A DNA stretch of 62,413 nucleotides from Chiloscyllium plagiosum (taxonomy: Eukaryota): contig NC_057717.1 of assembly GCF_004010195.1 (NCBI RefSeq), positions 103,481,026-103,543,438 of the forward strand, read 5' to 3'. Shown piece after piece: positions 12,618 to 25,125 of this stretch. The translations under genes were made by a program, and so were the position numbers. Under the pieces are notes generated by a model. The model did not search any database and was not told the DNA's origin. It saw only the letters and a list, made by a program, of their open reading frames with translations. The stretch's first letter is position 1. Every line of letters begins with the position of its first letter.

Positions 12618-13040
12618 AATCAGGGTACCCCGCTCAGGACATACCGCACTGCCATCACCGTCTCACCAATGCCAGAGGTCCCCAATCTGGACATCCCACA
12701 CTACCATCACCATCTCGCCAATACCAGGGGACCCCGCTGGGGACATACTGCATTGCCATAACTGTCTCATCAATCCCAGGGGTCCCGAATCTGGATATAC
12801 CCTATTGCCAATACCGTCTCGTCAATGCCAGGGGTCCCCGCTCAGGACATACCATACTGCCATCACCGAGTCACCAATGCCAGAGATGCCCGCTCAGGAC
12901 ATGCAGCACTGCCATCACCATTTCACCAATGCCAGGGGTTCCCACTCCAAACATACTGCACTGCCATCACTGTCTTGCCAATGCCAGGGGTCCCTGCTCA
13001 GGACATGCTGCATTGCCATCACCATCTTGCCAAAACCAGG
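12618..13040. repeat. 52-bp GC-rich minisatellite, ~8 diverged copies
   Basis: The anchor 'aat(g/a/c)ccag' recurs at 12668, 12720, 12772 and 12824 (period 52). Confidence 0.92.
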
Positions 13041-13045
13041 GCAGA

Positions 13046-13435
13046 CCTGCCCCTTAAGTCCCTTTTACATCTTTCCCGTCTCACCCTAAACCTATGCCCT
13101 CTAGTTCTGGACTCCCCCACTCCAGGGAAAAGATCTTGTCTATTTATCCTATCCATGGCCCTGATGATTTTATAAACCTCTGTAAGGTCACCCCTCAGCC
13201 TCCGACGCTGCAGGGAAAACAGCCCCAGCCTATTCAGCCTCTCCCGATAGCTCAAACCCTCCAACCCTGGCAACATCCTTGTAAATCTTTTCTGAACCCT
13301 TTCAAGTTTCACAGCATCCTTCCAATAGAAGGGAGACCAGAATTGCACATAATATTCCAAAAGTGGCCTAACCAATGTCCTGTACAGCTGCAACATGACC
13401 TCCCAACTCCTGTACTCAATGCACTGACCCATAAA
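13046..13435 (-). mobile_element. CR1 LINE RT C-terminal fragment
   Basis: Encodes QCIEYRSWEVMLQLYRTLVRPLLEYYVQFWSP...RRRLRGDLTEVYKI. Confidence 0.93.
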
Positions 13436-13885
13436 TGATGTTGCTGGGAATGGAGTGTTTGAGATATAAGGAAAGGCTGAAAGGGCTGGGTTTGTTTTCA
13501 TCAGAGGGTAGGAGGGTTGAGGGGTGACCTTACTGAGGTTTATAAAATCATGAGGGACATAGACAAGTTGAATGGCAGGTGTATTTTCCTGAGGGTGGAG
13601 GATTTCAAGACGAAAGGGTCATTTTTTACGATGAGAGGCGAAAGATTTTAAAAAGACATGAGGGTCAATCTTTTTCCACAGAGAGTGATTCGTGTGTGGA
13701 ATGAATTTCCCGAGGAAGTGGTGGAATGTGGATACAGTTACAACATTTAAGACATTGGGATAAGGACTCAAATAAGAAATGTTTGGAAGGACATGGGCCA
13801 GGAACAGGCAGATGGGACTAGTTTAGTTTGGGATTATGGTCGGCTGGACCAAAGGGTCTGTTACTGTGCTGTATGACTCTATCTC
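13436..13885 (+). mobile_element. CR1 LINE 3' end
   Basis: RT C-terminal remnant plus 3' tail ctgtgctgtatgactctat. Confidence 0.9.
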
Positions 13886-14393
13886 TGGTGTAGTGGGGGA
13901 ATATAGGAACTAATCCATTTGTTGTAAGAGACTGGGATGGTTTGGGGGAAATACTTTAATTCCTTCCGTGAGATATGGGCACCATTGGCTACGCCAGCAT
14001 TTGTTACGCATCCCTTAACATTTGAACATCAACCTCATTGCTGGGGGTCTAGGCTGATCAGATAAGGACAACTGACTTCCTTCCCTAAGGGGTAATAAAG
14101 AGAACCTGGTGGTTTTTTTTACAACAATGGTTTCATGGTCATTATCATTGAATTAAAATTCCTTCATCTGCTGTGGTAAGTCTTTGAACACAACTCCCCA
14201 AGAACACTAACCGGGCTGTTAGATGGTTAGTCCAGCAACAATACCATGATACCATCACCTCTGTTTTCAACGGGACACTTAGGGAGAAAGTGCGAGGAAT
14301 CATTGAACAATTGCCAGTGGGTATCTGTGTCCCTGAATGCATGGCCAATGTGATCAAGCAGGACATAAACCTCAGGATTGTTACTGGGAGACT

Positions 14394-14580
14394 GGCCCCT
14401 TAGGTCCCCTTTAAATCCTTCCCCTCTCACACTAAACCTATGCCCGCTCGTTCTGGACTTCCCTACCCTGGGGAAAAGACCTTGTCTATTTACCCTATCT
14501 ATGCGCCTCATGATTTTACAAACCTCTATAAGGTCACCCCTCAGCCTCCGACACTCCAGGGAAAATAGTGCCAGCCTGTT
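14394..14580 (-). mobile_element. CR1 LINE fragment
   Basis: Encodes LFSLECRRLRGDLIEVCKIMRRIDRVNRQGLFPRVG. Confidence 0.9.
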
Positions 14581-14947
14581 CAGAGAGTTGCAGCGATGAA
14601 TTGAAATGACACAAGAAACCCTCATTCAGTACACGGTAACAGATTGCAGCTTTAAACCAGATCTCCTTCGGAATCCTTGCATTTTATTAAATTTCCGAAT
14701 TCACAACTGATGCCAAGAATTTCATCAAATGTTACCCAGCTCTTGTGATCTCATTTGTTATTGGTTTCATTCTCAATGTTTCATTCACACCAGCAGGAGG
14801 TTGGTTAATAAGCAAATTATCATTGCTTATTGTGGAGCTGCTGTTTTCGCTGTTAATTAATCCATGCTGTTCCATTCATTCCCAAACTAGCCCAACTTGG
14901 GGTTTTTATTTTGGTGGCTTACAAAATGAGATTGAGATTGAGAACAA

Positions 14948-15222
14948 TGGGTGGCATGGTGGACCCAGGTTCGATTCTGGCCTCGGGCAACTCTCTGTGT
15001 GGAGTTTGCACATTCTCCCTGTGTCTGTATGGGTTTCCTCCAGGTGCTCTGGTTTCTTCCCACAATCCAAAGCTGTACAGGTTAGAGTGCACTAGCCAAG
15101 GGAAATGTAGGGCTACAGAGATAGGATGGGGGATTGGGTCTGCATGGGGTGCTCTTTGGAGGGTTGGTGCAGACCCGATGGACTGAATGGCTTTTTTCCA
15201 CACTATGAGAATTCTGTGATTG
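14948..15222 (+). mobile_element. HE1-like V-SINE (head partly deleted)
   Basis: Core gtgtggagtttgcacattctccctgtgtctgtatgggtttcctcc...cccacaatccaaag and a CR1-like tail. Confidence 0.88.
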
Positions 15223-15499
15223 TACAATGGGTCTGTATACTGTGAAATTTAGGCGAGGATTCTATAGATTCCCTCCTCCCCCCACCCCCCACCCCCCCCC
15301 TTCTCTCTGCTGAGCGGTTTCTCAGTGAAACAATATTTGAAATTATTGAATACCTACAGTTTGGGAACAGGCAATTTGGCCCATCAGGTCCACACTGACC
15401 CTCCAAACAGCATCCCTGCCAGACCTGCCCCTGTACCCTATTCTTGTAACCCTGCATTTTCCAACAGCCAATCCACCTAACCTGCACATCTTTGGATTG

Positions 15500-16160
15500 T
15501 GAGATGGTGAGTGGCATGGAGGGGAGCTTCAGGTGGTGATGTTCCTATGTATCTGCTCCCGTTCTAGATAGAAGTCATCATGGGTTTGGAAGGTGCTGTC
15601 TGAGGACCTTTGGTGAATTTCTGCAATGCATCTTGTACTGGTATACACCGCTGCTACTGAGCATCGGTGGTGGAGGGAGTGGATGTTTGTGGGTGTGGTG
15701 CCAATCAAGCGGGCTGCTTTGTCCCGGATGGTGTCAAGCTTCTTGAGTGTTGTTGGAGTTGCACCCATCCACTCCTGACTTGTGCCTTGTAGATGGTGGA
15801 CAGGCTTAGGGGAGTCAGGAGGTGAGTTACTCGCTGCAGTATTCCTAGCCTCCGACTTGGTCTTGTTGCCACTGTGTTTATGTGATAAGTTCAGTTGAGT
15901 TTCTGGTCAATGGTAACCCCAAGGATATTGATGACAGGGGATTCAGTGATAGTAAAACAATTGAATTTAGGGGCGATGGTTAGATTGTCTCTTATTGGCG
16001 ATGGTCATAGCCTGACATTTGTGTGGCAAAAAGGCTACTTGCCACTTGTCAGCCCAAGCCTGGATATTGTCCAGGTCTTGCTGCATTTGAACTGACCTCT
16101 GGACAATTAAGGATGGACAATAAATGTTGGCCTGACCAGTAACGTCCACATCCCACAAAC
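15500..16160. mobile_element. CR1-group non-LTR retrotransposon RT fragment (Crack/Daphne-like, minus strand) with an adjoining 3' tail
   Basis: Encodes MQQDLDNIQAWADKWQVAFLPHKCQAM and TTLKKLDTIRDKAARLIG...IHSLHHR. The same family recurs at ~47890-48360. Confidence 0.75.
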
Positions 16161-17381
16161 AAATATAGACAAATCAGGAATTGAAAGCTATCTCAAGAAC
16201 ATCAAATTATCATTGATTATAAAAATCAGCTTCAGGTCATGAAAGCCCTTTGAGATTCAAAAGCCAACAGTGTTGCTGAGGTGGTCTCCATGCAATGCCA
16301 GACCTATCGTGATGGCATTGACTCTCAACTCTGCTCCTGGGCAGAGAGGAATGGACAATAAATGCTGGGTTTGCCAGAGTTGTACGTATCCTGTAAGCAA
16401 ATCTCTTTTTTTTTAAATTGGCAAGTCAACCGAGAGTGCTAGTGTCCATAGAGACTAAGTCTAAGGAGGGAACAGTACCATTTGCCACACTGTTCCCACT
16501 GTTAATCAAAGATTGGATATGAAAGTCGAGCAGAGATGAAGGGAAGGGAGGAATAGAAAAACTTTTATTTATGCAGCACCATTCAACTCTTGAAGACATG
16601 CCCAAAGCTCCTTACAACCGACGAATTATGTACAAAGATCAATCAAAGTTGTTTGGTTAGCAGATGCCACCTTGCACAGCGAGTCTGGTATGAGAGCTTA
16701 CATCAAAGCTGTGAGGAGAGCCTGAGGATGCCTTTGAATAGTGGGGGAACTAAGGGGCACGAGTTTGGGATGAAGAGTGAACATGTGGAATAGATAAAAG
16801 TACTTGGGTGTTGGGGAGGGGGGGGCGTTGAATTCCTCGCTTGCTTCCACCAGGGAAAGAAGGGTCATTAATTACCGAGGAAACTTTAAACTGAGACTCG
16901 TGGTGTATGAAATCACTCTCTTCCATGTATATATTCAGGTTTCTCTGCTGATTTTCACTACATGTGACTTTGAGTATGATCCTCACTGTCCCCATCATCT
17001 TCCCACTAGCCATGAGTTGCCATATTGCCAATCAGATACCTGCATGTTACATCAATGAGTGACGGGGGATCATTCAGTTGATCGATGAGTTGCAATGTGG
17101 CACAGCACCAATGGCACAAATACAATTCCTGTACTGGATGAAGTCTCTGATTTACTGTAGTAAGTGTTATCAAGCCCCATCACCGGGGGATCATACTTGT
17201 CTTTGACCTCGGCAGGTCCCTGACCAGGTGAGACTTAGCTGTGAAACTCAGAAACAAGCCTTTCAATTACAAACAAAGACTATTTGATTGAATCATATGG
17301 TGTAGAGGAGGCCCATCAACACTGAACTATTTTTGTAAGGACTGTCTTTTAATATCTTTTTTTCATTTTTCCTAAGATTTT

Positions 17382-17698
17382 CATAGAATCCCTACAGTGT
17401 GGAAGCAGGCCATTTGGTGCATCATGTCCACATCAACCCAGAAAAGATTATCCTGCCCCATCTACCATATCCCTGCCTTTTCCATGGCTGAGCTACCTAA
17501 CCTGCACATCCCTGAACACTATGGACAATTTTGCACAGCCAATTCACCCTGACCTGCACATCTTTGGACTATGGGAGGAAACCGGAGCACCCGGAGGAAA
17601 CCCACGCAGAGAATGGACAAACTCCACAAAGACAGCTGCCCAAATGTGGAACCGGGTCACTGGTACTGTGAGGCAGCAGTGCAAGCCACCATACCATC
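17382..17698 (-). mobile_element. HE1-like V-SINE, near full length
   Basis: Reverse complement of tRNA head, V-domain and tail. Confidence 0.9.
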
Positions 17699-18586
17699 AC
17701 TATTTTGTACTGAGGTATGTTTGTACCTAAGATGGCACCAGAATTGGTGACTTTGTACACATTTCACTTTACTTATTTATCCCCTGTACTTATGTACACA
17801 CAACAATAAAATCTAATTCTAATTCTAAATCTACCTGGAAACCACTTTGTGTTTCCCTTGTGTTTCTGCAAGCATAACTTTTAAATCAAATTCTTAGTTT
17901 TGTGAGCGCGCTTAGCCAAAGTCATTTTCGATCTGGCAGGCTAAGTGGACAATGAAGATGAACACAGCATCGTCATGGTGATAAAAGCAAAAAGTACTTT
18001 GTACTTGCTAAAGTAAGAGTGTTACAATGATGATGTGTTAAACTTTGCAGTGATGCAAATTTACAACCATGGTGTAAAAGGCAGCGATGTTACTTTTACT
18101 TTTTGCTTGTGGATAATTCATCAATGTGAATGTTTTTGTCTGGCATTCACAGTAAAATGCTGCACCCCCCACCAACACTTCAATCCCCACTGCCAAATTA
18201 AGCCATTCCTCTTCCAACGAATCCCTCGTACTGGAAAGATTTAGGTCAGAGTGTCTCGAACAGGCCATCACAATTCTTCTTCATTACCTGGGGAGCCATC
18301 GATTCTTGGTAATGTACCTCAAGGCACAGCCAGTAACTCACTCAAACTGTCAAACGACTTATAAAATTGCAAACAAATGGCATGCTTTAGCAATGCAGTT
18401 AGTGAGGTCTCATTAAACACTCAGGAAACACCTAAATCCTTTTAAATTGCCCCATTCTCAAGTGTCACACATAATACTTTTCCAGGGCTAAAAATCCTGG
18501 TGTGAGATCAGCCTGACAGAGAGAGGAAGAACACTTAGCATTTGATAAATTGAGATGGGCTGCTCTACAGATAAGAAACAGTGCTG

Positions 18587-18712
18587 TATGTGTTTGTGTG
18601 TTTGTATGTGTGTCTGTGCCTGTGTGTGTGTGTGTGTCTGTGCCTGTGTGTGTGTCTCTGTGTGTCCGTGTCTGTGTGTGCGTGTGTGTGTGTGTCTGTG
18701 TCTGTGTGTGCC
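18587..18712. repeat. Compound (TG)n/(TGTGTC)n microsatellite
   Basis: Read directly from the sequence. Confidence 0.95.
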
Positions 18713-18811
18713 GACAGCAGCACTGTGCAGATGGAAAGCTCAGCAGGAATAGGAGTGAAAGATGAAGAACGTAGGGCTCAGGAGCTGGAGTGGGCCATTC
18801 TGCCCTTCAGA

Positions 18812-19145
18812 TCTAGAATAACCAACCTCATCAAAGACCCATCCCAACCCAGTAATCCTCTCTTCAAACCTCTTCCGTCATGCAGAAGCTTGAACACACG
18901 CACTAACAGATTCAGGAACAGCTTCTTCCCTGCTGTCATTAGACTGCTGAATGGACCTCTCTAATTTCAAATAATGTTGACCTTGCTTCTGTACACCTAC
19001 TGTGCAGCCATAACCCTGCAAGCCTCGTTCTGTCCAAGCACCCTCTGGTCTGTATGTCCTTCTTCACTATGATCTGTCTGCACTGCTTGCAAAATCAAGC
19101 TTTTCACTGTACTCAGGTACGTGACAACAATAAATCAAACCAGAT
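18812..19145 (+). mobile_element. Rex1/Babar-like LINE 3' end
   Basis: Encodes NLIKDPSQPSNPLFKPLPS..SLNTRTNRFRNSFFPAVIRLLN, then tail aataaatcaaac. Confidence 0.75.
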
Positions 19146-21343
19146 AAGAGGTGGTCTCAGCTCCACTTTCCTGCCTGTCCCACATAAACCCTATTCCCCT
19201 ATCAGTTATAAATCTATAATACTCGAACATATTTGAAGACCTGGTTTTCAAAGATTCCATAGACGGATGATACTTCAAGAGAAAAAGTACCCTTATATTT
19301 GTATTAAAAAAAGACCCTTTTTTAAATGAATTCTGGTGTTGTCCAGTTCAGAATTGATTGCCTGTCCGTGGTTGCCCTTGAGAAGGTGTTGGTGAGCTGT
19401 CTCCCTGATCTGCTGTAGGAAAGGAATCAGCCAGCCTGCATTCAGCAATATCCCACATGCAGCAAATGTGGCCACCATCATATAATCTGAGCTTCTGTGT
19501 TGATGATTAAGGATAAATACTGGCCAGTTCACGCAGCAAAACTCTATTTCAAAAAGTTTCACACACACCTAAGAGGGCAAATGGAAACTCCGACGAGAAT
19601 CTAGGTATTTCTGTAGCCATGGTGACTTTTTTCAAAGCAAATGTGAGAGCAAGACTGGTTGGATTTTTGTTTATGTTAAAGGTTACACGTAAACAATGTC
19701 AGCATTCGAGCATTAGAGATGACAGGGATCGATTTTTTTTCTCTCTCTTTGTTGACTCGCAGAAACACATGTAGTCCTAAAAAATCAAAGGCCACTTATC
19801 AGTCAGTTTCAGATTCGAGGTTCAATAGGCTGAAACAGCACGTTTAGAGCAAATTTTCCTGAGAAAGACAAAAGATAATTTAGAAGTATTAAAAATAGCT
19901 TACCTTAGTGTAAGGAGTTTGATAAATGTTTCTGACCAGAAATGTTCGGTTAAAACCCGATGGGATTATTTGAAACTGAGAAAGTTTAAGCTCCATGGAA
20001 TGAAGGCTCCGTGGAATGAAGGTTCCAGGAAGAGGCTATCAGATTCTCCAGAAGGGGAGTTGTGGTCACAATTAAATTTATAAGTGATAGAGAAGGTAAT
20101 TCTCTGGTGCTTGGGGGAATTGCTGGGGTTACATTTTTGTTGCGTTTTTAAATCATTAAAATTATGACACACATAAATAATTCAATTTATTCTAGTTTAT
20201 CTTTAATTTTACATGTAATATCTGTGTTAGCATTAAAACCAAATTTGCAACATTTTGTGCTTATGGTTCAGTGAAAGACAACCTCATTAAAACTTTAAAA
20301 AAGATTGACCAAGCCAGATGTCAGTCTGGTATCTGAATTGTCCAGTAATAACATCAACAGGAATCAGAGGAATGCAGAATCAATACTTCCATTATCCACA
20401 CAAATGATACAATGTCATAAGGCATTGCCACTCAACAGGGAATGAATGGCAGCCATTCACACGAGCTTGTGATGAAATAGTTTCTTGACAGTCTTTTTTA
20501 TTAGATTTGAGTTTATGGACACAAGTCTGGGTGTCACCCCTCTGGTTATGTTTCTATAAATATCCAGATGACAGGACATTTAAATTCCACATGTCAACTG
20601 CATCCTGTATGTCTGTCCATATTTACATTTCAATGACTTTCCAGGAAGATGAATTACCTCCTGTCAGAACAGTAATTACAAAATGTCTCCTGACCCCAGG
20701 AAGCCATCTTGGGTCAAGGTAAATTATTAATATTCTTTGCTGCTTTAATGAAATGTAGAAATGTCCATAATATTCATACATTTATATGCATTTACTGTAA
20801 GCACCACAACCTATAAAAACATATTAACCAATAGAGTTAAGAGTTATACATTTATTACATTTTCCTTTGTGAATAAATAGAAAACAGAGTAAAGGTTGAT
20901 GTCTGGTCTCCTCCTTCATCAGTGTGCTGTAAGAATAGAATGGCTGGCATGATAAACTGAGAGATTTGAATTGGATTTGAACTATATTATTTCCAGGTCA
21001 AAATTAGGGAGCTTTATTCTCAGTCTAATTATTGAATCGTTGAAGTACATGAAATTTTACAGGGCTCAACAGGATAGAAACTGACAGGATGTTTCCCCTG
21101 GTGGGAGTGAGCTCTCTGGTGAAGGACTGAGATGAGAATGAACTTCTTTACTTAGACAGGTGAATCTTCGGAATTCCCTGCCCCCGTCTTTGAGTACATT
21201 CAAGACAGAGATCAAAAGGTTTCTAGATATTAAAGATATCAAGGGATATTAGAGGACAGTGAAGAAGGTTTCTCAAAGTATCAGATGGACCAATGGGCCA
21301 AGGAGTTGTTGTGGTTCTGTTCGCCGAGCTGGAAGTTTTTGTT

Positions 21344-21383
21344 GCAAACGTTTCGTCCCCTGGCTAGAGGACATCATCAGTGC
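21344..21383 (-). ncRNA. Minimal type-I hammerhead ribozyme motif (PLE pLTR), intact core
   Basis: GCA-CUGAUGA-U-GUCCUCU(AGCC)AGGGGAC-GAAA-C-GUU-UGC. A second copy at 21819-21858 has one helix II mismatch. Confidence 0.8.
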
Positions 21384-21477
21384 TTGGGAGCCTCCTGCGA
21401 AGCGCTTCTTTGATGTTTCCTCCGGTGTTTATAGTGGTCTGTCCCTGCCGCTTCCGGCTGTCAGTTTCAGCTGTCCG

Positions 21478-21781
21478 NNNNNNNNNNNNNNNNNNNNNNN
21501 NNNNNNNNNNNNNNNNNNNNNNNNNNNNNNNNNNNNNNNNNNNNNNNNNNNNNNNNNNNNNNNNNNNNNNNNNNNNNNNNNNNNNNNNNNNNNNNNNNNN
21601 NNNNNNNNNNNNNNNNNNNNNNNNNNNNNNNNNNNNNNNNNNNNNNNNNNNNNNNNNNNNNNNNNNNNNNNNNNNNNNNNNNNNNNNNNNNNNNNNNNNN
21701 NNNNNNNNNNNNNNNNNNNNNNNNNNNNNNNNNNNNNNNNNNNNNNNNNNNNNNNNNNNNNNNNNNNNNNNNNNNNNNNNN
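21478..21781. other. Assembly gap (304 N)
   Basis: Run of n characters. Confidence 1.
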
Positions 21782-21969
21782 TGTTGTGGTTCTGTTCGCC
21801 GAGCTGGGAGTTTTTGTTGCAAACGTTTCGTCCCCTGGCTAGGCGACATCATCAGTGCTTGGGAGCCTCCTGTGAAGCCAGGGGACGAAACGTTTGCAAC
21901 AAAAACTTCCAGCTCGGCGAACAGAACCACAACAACGAGCACCCGAGCTACAAATCTTCACACAAACTT

Positions 21970-22765
21970 TGGGCCAAGGAGTGGCAGATGGAGTTTAATT
22001 TAGATAAATGTGAGGTGCTGCATTTTAGAAAGGCAAATCAGGCACTGACATACACAGTTAATGGTAAGGTCCTGGGGACCATTGCCGAACAAACAGTCCT
22101 TGGTACAGGTTCATAGTTCCTTGAAGGTGGAGTCACAGGTAGACAAGAAGGCAGTGAATAAGGCATTTGGTACGCTTGCCTTTATTAGTCAGTGCATTGA
22201 GTACAGGAGTTGGGAGGTCATGTTGCAGCTGTATAGGACATTTAAAGTTTGCTTTCAATTCTGGTCTCCCTGCCATGGGAAAATGTTGTTAAATTTGAAA
22301 GGGTGCGGAAAAGATTTACAAGGATGTTGCTAGGGTTGGAGACTTTGGGCCATAGAGAGAGGCTGAATAAGCTGAGGGGTGCCCTTATAGAGGTTAATAA
22401 AATTGTGTCGAGCATGAGTAGTGTGAATAACCAAGGTTTTCTCCCCCCTCCCCAGAGTAGGGAAGTCCAACACTAGAGGAGCATAGGTTTAAGGTGAGAG
22501 GGGAAAGATTTAAAAGGGACCTTATGGGCAGCTTTTTCACACAGAGGATGGTGCGTGTATGGAATCGGCTGCCAGAGGAAGTGGTGGAGGCTGGTATGAT
22601 GACAAACTTTAAAAGGAATCTGGATGGGTATGTGAACAGGAAGAGTTTAGAGGGTTATGGATCAAATGCTGGCAAATGGGACTAGATCAATTTATGATAT
22701 TTGGTCAGTGTGGATGAGTTAGACCAAAGAGTCTGTTTCCGTGCTGTACATCTCCATGACCCGAT
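21970..22765 (+). mobile_element. CR1 (HER1-like) LINE 3' portion
   Basis: Encodes WAKEWQMEFNLDKCEVLHF...FFTQRMVRVWNRLPEEVVEAG, followed by the 3' tail. Confidence 0.93.
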
Positions 22766-23135
22766 ATGGGGCCAGTGCGGTAAAATAGTTTGAGATGGAA
22801 AATGAGCAAATATCCATTTGTATGGACTATCCCTTTAATCCTAACCCTCTGTCATTGCTGACTCAGCATCTTTCCACTCTTTGCTCTAGCAAAGGAGCTT
22901 TGATTACTGTAAAGTTTGCAAAGAAAAATAAATTTACTGCCAGCAAGAAATGACAAGAATGCAAAGGATTAATCACCCCTTCAATCCAATTCCTGTCTGG
23001 AAAATAAAATTGCGCTCAATATATCACTTGTGTTGCCTATCCAAATTGCCCTTGACCTATTGACCTGTACCATTTTGCAGGAATCACATGTGGACCACAA
23101 CCGGTAAGGACAGCAGATTTCCTTCCCTAAACTAT

Positions 23136-23405
23136 CATGGTGGCTCAGTGGTTAGCACTGCTACTTCACAATGCCAGGGACTCGGGTTCAATTCCACCCT
23201 TGGACGACTGCCTGTGTGGAATTTGCACATTCTCTCTATGTCTGCGTGGGTTTCCTCCGGGTGCTCCGGTTTCCTCCCACAGTCCAATGATGTGCAGGTT
23301 AGGATGGATTGGTCAAGCTAAATTATCCATAGGGTCCAGGGAGGTGCAGGCTAGATGAGCTAGCCACGGAAGATGCAGGGTTACAGGGATAGGGCATGGG
23401 ACTCT
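23136..23405 (+). mobile_element. HE1-like V-SINE inserted in a MetaSINE-like element
   Basis: A-box ggtggctcagtggttagcactgct, B-box gggttcaattcc, and V-domain. Confidence 0.9.
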
Positions 23406-24444
23406 CTTCAGAGAGTATGTGCCAGTTTGCACAGCTAAGGGATTGTAAGATAAAGGGCACAGGCATACCAGATTGGATTTTAGAACAGTAAATGATAGTT
23501 TCACAGTCACCCTTACAGAGATTAGCTTTCAGTTCCAGATATTCTGTCGTCAACCAGCTCAGAGATATCACACACCACTGGACTAGTGGGACTCAAATGC
23601 AGGCCTCTTGGCCCAGAGGGAGGATCACTACCACTGCACCACCAGAAAAGGATTTCCAGAATTTATTAATTGAATTTAAATTCTGCCAGCTGTTGCAAAG
23701 GGATTGAAACCCACGTCCCCAAGATCATTTATTTGTGTCTCTAACTTGCTAACATTACCATGACACCCACAGTAAACTGTTGAACTCCCTTCGTTAACTT
23801 AATTACTGCTGAGGTTGGTGGTCATAGATCATTCTAAATTCACTCTCCATTTTCCATGAGGAAAATAGCCCCACAGGAACAGAACAGAACCGGACCCTTC
23901 CCAGTGAAGTGAGTGCTAGTCCCCATTCCCATTCACCTATCCCTGACAATGGCTTTGGTGACAGTAACTAGCCTACACGTGATGCCTAATTTCAAAGTTA
24001 AATCAGCAGGACGCTATATCCGCCAAAGGGCTCTTCATAATAGCCGGACTTAACTTCTGACTTTTCATCCTCAATGCAGTGAATAAGATAGATAGGTTAA
24101 TTATGAACCACGTCACAGCTGTTAACCTTTGTGACTTCTTCCACTTTAAGATTCATGAAGTATTAAATAATTTGTACAATCCATTTCAGTCATTATTAGC
24201 CCACTTCAAATTCTTTGACGTCCCCAACTATTATGATATGCATAAATCATCATTCTTTTACAGCAGATTTCCTGAGTGTTTTTGAATCATTATTAATAGC
24301 ATTCACATTTGATATTGAGAGGTGTAGTGGACAGTGAAGAGGGTTACCTCAGATTACAAGGTTAGGCCACTGTTGGAATATTGTGTGCAGTTCTGGTCTC
24401 CTTCCTATCGGAAAGATGTTGTGAAACTTGAAAGAGTTTAGAAA

Positions 24445-24708
24445 TTCCAAGTCAATGTATATGTTAATAGAGTTGACTTGGATTCAATTTACCACCGTCT
24501 GAGAAAAATAACAGGAAATAATATCACTATAGGAAATGATGTCACCACAGGACATGACATCACCAACCCAAGGAAACCCAAACATATAAATAGAAAGCGG
24601 GCTACATCACCAGTGCTTCATTCGGAGATTCACTGAAGATGTTACCTAGTTTGGTGATGAAACATCTGAAAATGAACCTTCCAGCTCAGTGAGCAAACCT
24701 ACATCCAT
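24445..24708 (+). mobile_element. Penelope-like 3' end/pLTR with hammerhead motif at 24629-24670
   Basis: UUCA-CUGAAGA-U-GUUACC(UAGUUU)GGUGAU-GAAA-C-AUC-UGAA, and terminus aaccttccagctcagtgagcaaacctacatcc. Confidence 0.8.
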
Positions 24709-24709
24709 T

Positions 24710-25125
24710 AAAGAACTTATCTATCTTAGTCTTAAAAGTACTCAATGACCTGGCCTCCACAGCCCTCTGTGGCAATGAATTCCATAGATTCCCCATTCTC
24801 TGGCTGAAGACATTTCTCTTTATCTCCGTTCAAAAATGTCTTCCCTTTAAGGCTGTGCCCTCAGGTCCTAGTCTCTCCTACCAATGAAAACATCTTCTCA
24901 ACATCTACTCTGTTAAGGCCGTTCAGTATTCTGTAAGTTTGAATTAGATCCCCCCCGCTTAGCCTTCTAAACTCCATCGAATATAGACCCAGAATCCTCA
25001 AACGTTCCCCATTTGTTCAGCTTTTCATTGCTGGGACATTCTTGTGAACCTCCTCTGAACACACTCCAAGGCCAGTCCATCCTTCCTGAGATATGGGGCC
25101 CAAAACTGGGCACAATACTCTCAGA
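24710..25125 (-). mobile_element. CR1 LINE fragment
   Basis: Reverse complement of a CR1 RT C-terminus (caaaactgggc...ggccagtccatccttcctgag). Confidence 0.8.

Larger units (their letters stand above)
21307..21969. mobile_element. Young Penelope-like element (tandem plus inverted pLTRs) spanning an assembly gap; 13-bp TSD
   Basis: TGGGCCAAGGAGT at 21294-21306 and 21970-21982. The element interrupts a CR1 fragment, is CpG-rich and carries hammerhead motifs. Confidence 0.9.

Noticed and set aside
12556..13175. Cys/His/Pro-rich protein ORFs
   Set aside because: They are translations of a 52-bp minisatellite with no frame preference.
17905..17950. miR-27-like hairpin (cttagcc...ggctaagt); also tgaggagcaggg at 7212
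   Set aside because: Only 7-12 nt resemble miR-27; the mature sequence and extended stem are absent.
19600..20370. Second long solo LTR
   Set aside because: The composition is LTR-like, but I could not define termini or a TSD, so it is not listed as a feature.
21259..22116. Long ORFs of 192-285 aa
   Set aside because: They are artefacts of reading through the N gap and repeat sequence.
23137..23210. tRNA genes (also at 27130-27203, 30617-30680 and 42760-42825)
   Set aside because: These are tRNA-derived SINE heads that run into SINE bodies; no complete cloverleaf is present.
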